Source: Synechococcus sp. (GTDB lineage: Bacteria; Cyanobacteriota; Cyanobacteriia; Thermostichales; PCC-7336). From it: a DNA stretch of 15,673 nt. The notes beneath the pieces are model-generated. The model was not told where the DNA came from. It ran no database searches and saw only the letters and a program-made list of their open reading frames with translations. Location of the stretch: the NCBI GenBank assembly GCA_051439605.1, contig JBFRWN010000078.1:1-15673 (forward strand), given 5' to 3'. Shown piece by piece: positions 1-6,639 of the stretch; the stretch's first letter is position 1, and each line of letters begins with the position of its first letter. Made by a program: the position numbers and the translations under genes.

Positions 1-1750
1 TGGGGGGAGTTTCGAAGCTGATGATGGCTTGAGGGGCAGCAGTACTGGGGTTGCCGGCGGCGTCTTGGGCAGCGCCAGCCGCGACGTCAATAGAGATCGA
101 GCCATTGCCGTCGGGGGTAATCTCGGCGGTGTAGGTGCTGGCATCGACGGTCAGGAAATTCGCTACGGTGCCGTTAACAACGGCAATGTCGGCGATGTCG
201 AAACCGGTGACCGCTTCACTGAAGGCAAAGGTGACGCTAAACGGAGCCGTTGTCGTGACCGAAACGGGTTCGTTTTGGATGTCGACTGTAGGAGCGATGG
301 TGTCGCCATTGGGCGGACTGACAGTAGGGATAAATTCGATGTAATCAAATCGGGCGAGCTCTCCTTCGTCTCGGATGCCAGTAATCTCTACCACATCGCC
401 CTGAGCGAGCGATACCTCTCCCAATACTTGTTCTACAAAGTTTCGTGCCTGGGGGCCAAACCCCCCTAAGCTCTGATTAAAGCTCAGGTTGAATACGGTT
501 CCACCGATGTTGACAGTGCCGGTGGAATTTCCATCTGCTTCGTCAAAGTAACCAATGCGAACTTCATACGTGCCACTTTCCCCAGAAAACTGAGTGGTCG
601 CAGTCGCAGGGGTTCCACTGGGAGCATTGGACCTAATCACCGCGGAATTGGAGGCAACGTTAATCCCGCTCTCCACTACATACCCACCAGCGAGAGTCAG
701 ACTCTCAGCTTCGATGAATAGAGTTTGAGTGGGGGGAGTTTCGAAGCTGATGATGGCTTGAGGGGCAGCAGTACTGGGGTTGCCGGCGGCGTCTTGGGCA
801 GCGCCAGCCGCGACGTCAATAGAGATCGAGCCATTGCCGTCGGGAGTAATCTCGGCAGTGTAGGTGCTGGCATCGACGGTCAGGAAATTTGCTACGGTGC
901 CGTTGGCGATCGCAATGTCGGCGATGTCGAAACCGGTGACCGCTTCGCTGAAGGCAAAGGTGACGGTAAACGGATCCGTTGTCGTAACCGAAACGGGCTC
1001 GTTTTGGATGTCGACCGTAGGCGCGACGGTGTCAGCACCGGGCGAACCACTAACAGGAATAAACTCAATGTAATCAATTCGGGCTAGTTCCCCATCTACC
1101 CGCGTGCCAATAATCTCGACGACATCACCTGGCGCGAGCGATACTTCCCCCACCACTCGTTCTACAAAGTTTGTTGCCCTAGGACCCCACCCACCTAAAC
1201 TCTGATTGAACGTCCAGTTGAATTGCTGTCCACCTACATTGACTGTGGCAAGGCTCTCACCATCAGATTCATCGTGGTAGCCGACTCTGACTTCATAAGT
1301 GCCGCTTTGTCCAGAAAACTGACTGGTCGCAGTGGCGGAGGTTCCGCTGGGAGCCAGATTCCGAATTAATGCAGAGCCGGAGGCAAAGGTCAGCCCGTTC
1401 TCTACTTCGTACCCATTTGCGAGAACCATATCCTCGGCTTCGATGCGCAGAGTCTCGGTGGGGGTAGAGTCGAAGCTGATAACCGCTTGTGGGGCGGCTG
1501 TACTGGGGTTGCCAGCAGCGTCTTGTGCAGCCCCAGCCGCAACGTCAATCGCAATGGCACCGTTGCCGTCGGGAGTAATGTCGGCAGTGTAGGTACTGGC
1601 ATCGACGGTCAGGAAATTCGCTACGGAGCCGTTGGCGACCGCAATGTCGGCGATGTCGAAGCCGGTGACATCTTCGCTGAAGGCAAAGGTGACGGTAAAC
1701 GGATCCGTTGTCGTGACAGAGACGGGCTCGTTTTGGATGTCGACACTAGG
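1..1750. repeat. Intragenic tandem repeat, 729-bp (243-aa) period, about 2.4 copies in the window
   Basis: CGAAGCTGAT recurs at 13, 742 and 1471 (729-bp spacing); 1-115 is identical to 730-844. Confidence 0.95.
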
Positions 1751-1753
1751 CAT
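1..1753 (-). CDS. Large repetitive extracellular/surface protein, alternating bacterial Ig-like (Big_12-like) and CBM6/CBM35-like jelly-roll modules; partial, continues past the left edge
   Basis: Manual translation from ATG at 1753 (AAGGA upstream, in-frame TGA 10 codons further upstream) stays open for 584 codons to position 1: MPSVDIQNEPVSVTTTDPFTVTFAFSEDVTGFDIADIAVANGSVANFLTVDASTYTADITPDGNGAIAIDVAAGAAQDAAGNPSTAA... 'FTVTFAFSExVTGF...DAAGN' is typical of bacterial Ig-like repeats; 'IEAE...GYxDExDG...DYIEF' is typical of CBM6/35-like modules. Absent from the ORF track because it has no stop in the window. Confidence 0.92.
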   Translation of the reverse strand, partial: MPSVDIQNEPVSVTTTDPFTVTFAFSEDVTGFDIADIAVANGSVANFLTVDASTYTADITPDGNGAIAIDVAAGAAQDAAGNPSTAAPQAVISFDSTPTETLRIEAEDMVLANGYEVENGLTFASGSALIRNLAPSGTSATATSQFSGQSGTYEVRVGYHDESDGESLATVNVGGQQFNWTFNQSLGGWGPRATNFVERVVGEVSLAPGDVVEIIGTRVDGELARIDYIEFIPVSGSPGADTVAPTVDIQNEPVSVTTTDPFTVTFAFSEAVTGFDIADIAIANGTVANFLTVDASTYTAEITPDGNGSISIDVAAGAAQDAAGNPSTAAPQAIISFETPPTQTLFIEAESLTLAGGYVVESGINVASNSAVIRSNAPSGTPATATTQFSGESGTYEVRIGYFDEADGNSTGTVNIGGTVFNLSFNQSLGGFGPQARNFVEQVLGEVSLAQGDVVEITGIRDEGELARFDYIEFIPTVSPPNGDTIAPTVDIQNEPVSVTTTAPFSVTFAFSEAVTGFDIADIAVVNGTVANFLTVDASTYTAEITPDGNGSISIDVAAGAAQDAAGNPSTAAPQAIISFETPP

Positions 1754-1856
1754 GATCGCAATACATTCCTTCGACCCTATTTGGTGAGATCAATTAGAAC
1801 TAACGGGGTATCAAGGAGAAATTGGTCAGGTATGGACGAGGTTGTATGTTCCATTG

Positions 1857-1876
1857 AAAAAAGCTGTAAGCAGCTT
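1857..1876 (-). terminator. Weak terminator-like hairpin upstream of the repeat-protein gene
   Basis: Minus strand reads AAGCTG-CTTA-CAGCTT-TTTT, about 100 nt upstream of ATG 1753; short stem. Confidence 0.3.
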
Positions 1877-2946
1877 GGCGATTGTTATCAGTAAAGGTTA
1901 CAGAGAACAACTCAGCCCCAAAAATCCCACATTCTCAAGATCTTAAATATATTTACCGAAAAAAGCATAGCATCGATTCTAAATGAACAGCTATCTGCGT
2001 GTATACACCTATAGACTTGTGGGTTGGCGCTGTCAGCACACTCACTTTTTGTAGCCAAAGCATCTATGCTGTAGCCAAAATAGAATGATTTAGTCCTAAG
2101 CCTGTAGGGATTCGTTGTAAAGGTGAACAAGTACCCAAATTTCACCAATTAAGATTTGTAAGCTTCTTGGAGGTGGAGAGAGTGTTGCTAACCAAGCATC
2201 AGAAGCGCTGACGCATCGTAACAGTTGAAGCTCTCGATATCACTGGTTTTCCGGTTTTTGTCCCACGGCCTTGTGGCGCTGACCCAACAAGACAAGAGTC
2301 TAAGCCTGCCAAAAATCGATTTAAGCCACCGCGGATTAACGATAAGGTAGCAGTCAGCGAATCCCGGAGTATTCTGGCACCATGTTTGGAGAGATCGCCC
2401 ACATGCACTCCGAAAATCTAATGGGTACTGACATCTAGGAATAGCCAAATCCTTAGCCTGATGCCTTACTCGCCCACAAACGACTATGAGCTGTCAACTG
2501 ACCTGTTTTCTGATGAACCTTGGCCGGTTAGGTTCCTGACTCAGACTTTTGCGTTTGGTCTAGTCCAACTTCGACATAGCTGGGTTAATTTGACATAGAG
2601 ATACAGACCTTATATTTGCTGGACTACTCTCTGAAAAAATACACAAGTGACTGCCTTAAAAGCACCTACCCCGGAAAAGGTAAATTCTGTATCTAGAAAA
2701 GTCACGACATTTTTTAGCTCCCAGACTCTCCACTTTGTCAAGGTATTAATCAGCAAGAATTTTTTTAATACAGCATATTCCTCTGTTGAAGTGAGAACAT
2801 ATTGAAACTGAAGAATTGACTCAAATGAATATTTACAAGTTTATACAGGCTTTACGATGGGATTGAATATTAATCAACGCTTTAGGTATATCTACGTCCC
2901 CTATGGGAAATCTAAAAATAACCTCGCGTCTTGAGGAAATGGACTT

Positions 2947-2974
2947 ATGCCACGAGCAATCGTGGCATTTTTTT
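2947..2974 (+). terminator. Intrinsic terminator with no annotated upstream gene
   Basis: ATGCCACGA-GCAA-TCGTGGCAT: perfect 9-bp stem, GNRA loop, T run at 2968-2974. Confidence 0.7.
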
Positions 2975-3214
2975 ATATTAGTGTCTTCGATGAAGCCCCT
3001 ATTATATGCCTGAGTTTTTTGGGGAAATGTCAAAAATAGAACGATCGTCATTTCAAAAACTTATGGTATTGCTCATTCTGGATGCTTCTCCCCCTTACTA
3101 AAATTAAAGGAATTCCAGTTATTAAGATCGGTAGTCTCAACTGTTCGGGCTAGTCCCAACAACTTTCCGAACTATGCTTGTAGAAACTAAACAACTCTAG
3201 GTTTGGAGAGGATC

Positions 3215-3979
3215 GTGCGGAGTTCTGACTTACTGTGTATTGGTCATCGAGGAGCTATGGGATATGAACCAGAGAATACGATCTGTTCTATTCGCAAAGC
3301 ATTAGAATTGGGAGCTCCCTGCGTAGAGGTTGATGTTTATTACGTGGATGGACATCTTATGGTGTTTCATGACGAGCGACTGGAGAGAACGACGAATGGG
3401 GCTGGCTATTTGACCGATCGCCCGTTCCAATATTTACGTTCGTTAGATGCAGGCAAAGGTCAGCGCATCCCAACTCTGGCAGAGATATGCGAGACCATTG
3501 ATGCTCGAGCCTGTCTCAACATCGAACTCAAAGGTACCGGTACGGCTGGGCCTGTCTCGGAATTGATTGAACGATTAATCGATCGAGGTTGGGATAGGGA
3601 TGCGTTATTAGTTTCGTCTTTCAACCATCGAGAGTTGCAAGTGGTTAGGAAAATGAACCGGGCTATCAAATTGGGAGGCATGATGGTGGGGCTTCCCATT
3701 GACGATGCAAAATTTGCGGAAGAGTTAGGAGCATTCTCCGTCCATGCTTCGTTAGAGTTTGTGGACCGGCGATTTGTGGATGATGCACATGCTAGAAATT
3801 TGAACGTTTATGTTTACACGGTTAACCATCCAGAAGATATTGAACGAATGCACAGTCTTGGAGTTGACGGCGTCTTTACTGACTTTCCCGAACGAGTTCT
3901 GGAGAAGTATATAACGGCGAACATACCGACCAAGTGGATAGGACGAGAATTTATTCCAGAGCCAAGCAGCTATGTATAG
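3215..3979 (+). CDS. Glycerophosphodiester phosphodiesterase (GDPD, UgpQ/GlpQ family), no signal peptide
   Basis: Motifs IGHRGA, PENT, VEVDV, FHDERLERTTNG, NIELK, SSFN, YTVN, GVDGVFTDFP. Start taken as GTG 3215 behind GGAGAGG; the track uses TTG 3203. Confidence 0.93.
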   Translation: MRSSDLLCIGHRGAMGYEPENTICSIRKALELGAPCVEVDVYYVDGHLMVFHDERLERTTNGAGYLTDRPFQYLRSLDAGKGQRIPTLAEICETIDARACLNIELKGTGTAGPVSELIERLIDRGWDRDALLVSSFNHRELQVVRKMNRAIKLGGMMVGLPIDDAKFAEELGAFSVHASLEFVDRRFVDDAHARNLNVYVYTVNHPEDIERMHSLGVDGVFTDFPERVLEKYITANIPTKWIGREFIPEPSSYV

Positions 3980-3990
3980 AGAACTCGAAT

Positions 3991-4473
3991 ATGCCTAAAG
4001 AAATTGAACGCAAATTTCTCGTCGTCGGAACTGATTGGAAAGATAATATCTCCTCTAAACAAACTATCCAACAGGGCTATTTGTGCACAGATATCGAACG
4101 CTCAGTTCGAGTGCGAGCCACGGACGATCGTGCTTGGATCACTATCAAGGGGGCCTCGCAAGGCATGATGCGCGCTGAATTTGAATATCCGATTCCCGTT
4201 AAAGATGCCCGCGAACTGATTCATACCCTTTGTCTACCAGGGGCGATCGACAAGACTCGATACCGAGTAGAAGCCAATGGTTTGACCTGGGAGATCGATG
4301 TGTTCTTTGGGGTCAATGCCGGACTTGTTGTGGCCGAGATTGAGCTAGAAACGGAGAACCAAACGATTTCTTTACCTGCATGGATAGGCGAGGAGGTAAC
4401 GTTCGATCCTCGCTATTTCAATGCCAACCTAGTGCATCATCCTTACTCCGAATGGTCTTCAAAGGTGGAATGA
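3991..4473 (+). CDS. CYTH-domain (triphosphate tunnel metalloenzyme) protein, probable inorganic triphosphatase
   Basis: N-terminal EIERKF (ExExK) signature, then QGYL, VRVR, ITIKG, REFEY-like RAEFEY, WEIDVF, AEIEL, GEEVT..RYFNANL. ATG 3991 places the signature at the N-terminus, 11 nt after the GDPD stop. Confidence 0.92.
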   Translation: MPKEIERKFLVVGTDWKDNISSKQTIQQGYLCTDIERSVRVRATDDRAWITIKGASQGMMRAEFEYPIPVKDARELIHTLCLPGAIDKTRYRVEANGLTWEIDVFFGVNAGLVVAEIELETENQTISLPAWIGEEVTFDPRYFNANLVHHPYSEWSSKVE

Positions 4474-4899
4474 AATTTAAGAGTCACCACATCAAGGCGA
4501 TCGCCTGACAGGCGCAAAATTCTTTAGCCGCTCGCGGTGGAAATCTCAGCTGGGAGAGCAAGATGTATGTCTAGGCAGGGTTGCGGATGGCTGAGATGTC
4601 CTGTCCACAGCGATTTGACGATCGCTTTAGTCATGCACACAAGATCCTCATAAGAAATTGTTCGAATGGAGATGGTAAAACCGAACAGCAAAGGCAGGAA
4701 CCCCAGAACGCTGCCGAAATAGCAGCTCCGCTAGAGATTTTTCCGCTTGAGATTTCACCAAAAGCCTGCCTAATCACATATTTATTCGCTGGTTCTTTAA
4801 AAAGCGTCGGTATTACTCTGCTGTCAAGCTGGATTTGTACTAATGTGTGCTCTTTATACCCTGCCCAATGCCGCTCAACTCCGTGCTGCTGGTGATAGT

Positions 4900-6552
4900 A
4901 TGCTGACAACTTGGGCTAACTACGCTGCCTCCCCTCACTGCATTATTTCGGGGGAAAGCTCCGACAGTGGAGTGTTGCACGACCTTGAAGCATTGGGGCT
5001 GCATCACCTCGGTAAGCTTTACCGCAATTTGGCCGTTCCGCAGTTGGTGGAACACGCCTTACTAAGGGGGGAAGGGGAGTTGGCCGATAATGGTGCACTG
5101 TGCGTTGAAACCGGACAGTACACCGGGCGATCGCCCCTCGATCGCTTCATCGTGGATGAACCCAGCTGCCACGACAGTATTGCTTGGAATAAACTGAATC
5201 GCCCCATTTCCCCAGAAAATTTCAAACGACTGTTGACCAAGGTACAAGCTTACGTTCAAGGGCGAGATTTATTTATCTTTGATGGCTTTGTTGGGGCCGA
5301 TCCCGACTACCGTCAGGGGGTGCGGGTGATTGCCGAATTGGCCTCCCAATCTCTGTTTGCTCGCAACCTCTTCCAGCGTCCCACCCTTGAAGAACTGGCG
5401 GACCATCAACCTGACTTTACCGTCATTGCTGTCCCGGGATTGCAAGGGGATCCGAACACAGATGGAATCCGGAGCGAAGCCTTTATCGTTCTGCATTTAG
5501 AGCGCAAGCTGGTGCTCATTGGTGGATCCCGCTATGCGGGCGAGATCAAAAAGTCCGTGTTCTCGATGATGAACTATTTCCTGACGGAAAAAGGTGTACT
5601 GCCCATGCACGGTGCTGCCAACCTGGATAAGTGCGGTAATAGCGCCCTGTTCTTCGGGCTTTCGGGCACGGGCAAAACCACCCTCTCCGCCGACCCCACC
5701 CGCAGCCTGATTGGGGACGACGAACACGGCTGGTCGGCAGACGGACTGTTCAACTTCGAGGGAGGGTGCTATGCCAAGACCATTCGCCTATCCAAGCAGC
5801 ACGAACCGCAAATTTGGGAGGCAATGCGCTTCGGCACTCTCATGGAAAACGTCATCCTTGACCTAGAAACCCGAGCCCCCCGTTACGACGACGCTCGCCT
5901 GACCGAAAATACCCGTGCCGCTTACCCGCTGCAGTTTATTCCCAACTGCTCGGCAGCAGGGGTGTGCAGCCATCCTCGAGCGGTCATCTTCCTAACAGCC
6001 GATGCATTTGGAGTATTGCCACCCATTGCCAAGCTCACCCGAGAAGAGGCAATGTATCATTTCCTCTCCGGTTACACGAGCAAGCTGGCTGGGACCGAAC
6101 GCGGCATTACGGCTCCTCAGGCGACGTTCTCCGCCTGTTTTGGCCAAGTATTCTTCCCCCGCCCGGCAACCGTTTACGCTGACATGTTGGGGGAACTGCT
6201 AGAGAAACATCACGAAACTCAAGTCTATCTGGTGAATACCGGCTGGCAAGGAGGGCCCTACGGGATCGGCCACCGGATTGCCATCTCCCATACCCGAGCC
6301 ATGGTATCTGCAGCGCTAAACGGAACATTGGAAACGGCTCGCTTTACCCCTCATCCGATTTTCAAAGTGCTGGTGCCCGATGAGGTTCCTGGGGTTCCGA
6401 ACGCCATTCTCGATCCCAAGCAATCTTGGGACGACCCCGAAGCCTACGATTTGCAGGCACGGGAGCTAGCACGTCGATTTGCCGAAAATTTCCGGCAATT
6501 TGAAGATCTTGCCAGCCCAGAGATTGCTGCCGCCGGTCCTAGCGTTGCTTAA
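4900..6552 (+). CDS. pckA: Phosphoenolpyruvate carboxykinase (ATP)
   Basis: TGRSP, YAGEIKKS, P-loop FFGLSGTGKTTLS, LIGDDEHGW, FNFEGGCYAK, TENTRAAYP, FLSGYTSKLAGTERG. Start uncertain (ATG 4843, ATG 4900 or GTG 4972); 4900 gives 550 aa. Confidence 0.96.
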   Translation: MLTTWANYAASPHCIISGESSDSGVLHDLEALGLHHLGKLYRNLAVPQLVEHALLRGEGELADNGALCVETGQYTGRSPLDRFIVDEPSCHDSIAWNKLNRPISPENFKRLLTKVQAYVQGRDLFIFDGFVGADPDYRQGVRVIAELASQSLFARNLFQRPTLEELADHQPDFTVIAVPGLQGDPNTDGIRSEAFIVLHLERKLVLIGGSRYAGEIKKSVFSMMNYFLTEKGVLPMHGAANLDKCGNSALFFGLSGTGKTTLSADPTRSLIGDDEHGWSADGLFNFEGGCYAKTIRLSKQHEPQIWEAMRFGTLMENVILDLETRAPRYDDARLTENTRAAYPLQFIPNCSAAGVCSHPRAVIFLTADAFGVLPPIAKLTREEAMYHFLSGYTSKLAGTERGITAPQATFSACFGQVFFPRPATVYADMLGELLEKHHETQVYLVNTGWQGGPYGIGHRIAISHTRAMVSAALNGTLETARFTPHPIFKVLVPDEVPGVPNAILDPKQSWDDPEAYDLQARELARRFAENFRQFEDLASPEIAAAGPSVA

Positions 6553-6564
6553 GCGATCTCTCTG

Positions 6565-6596
6565 TCTGATTGATGCAGTCTCTGATTGATGCAATC
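6565..6596. repeat. 16-bp tandem duplication in the pckA 3' UTR
   Basis: TCTGATTGATGCAGTC followed directly by TCTGATTGATGCAATC (one mismatch). Confidence 0.85.
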
Positions 6597-6624
6597 GCCC
6601 CTTCATCCAGAAGGGGCGTTCTTT
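6596..6624 (+). terminator. Intrinsic terminator of pckA, between convergent genes
   Basis: CGCCCCTTC-ATCCA-GAAGGGGCG (9-bp stem) followed by TTCTTT. Confidence 0.8.
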
Positions 6625-6639
6625 CGGTTCAAACCGCTA

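Noticed and set aside
1..1750. Near-identical repeats as DGR template/variable regions or a CRISPR array
   Set aside because: Differences are mostly synonymous and not adenine-specific, no reverse transcriptase or cas gene is present, and the 729-bp period is in-frame protein repetition.
29..1894. Repeated track ORFs (29-469, 135-344, 725-1087, 864-1073, 1487-1894 and others) that look like a paralogous small-gene family
   Set aside because: They are antisense or alternate-frame shadows of the GC-rich Ig repeats in the real minus-strand gene.
2521..2570. ACGCAAAAG on the minus strand resembling a c-di-GMP-I riboswitch core
   Set aside because: The preceding GCAAAC/GNRA P2 hairpin and P1 pairing could not be built.
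1912..3051. ORFs 1912-2148, 2188-2448, 2199-2408 and 2833-3051
   Set aside because: No recognisable motifs or clear ribosome-binding sites; composition is consistent with chance ORFs in AT-rich DNA.
3085..3130. Possible SphR Pho box upstream of GDPD
   Set aside because: Only scattered TTAA-like words; no clear set of 11-bp-phased PyTTAAPyPy repeats.
4581..4909. ORFs 4581-4895 (+) and 4631-4909 (-)
   Set aside because: Overlapping opposite-strand frames in the pckA upstream region with no protein-family features.
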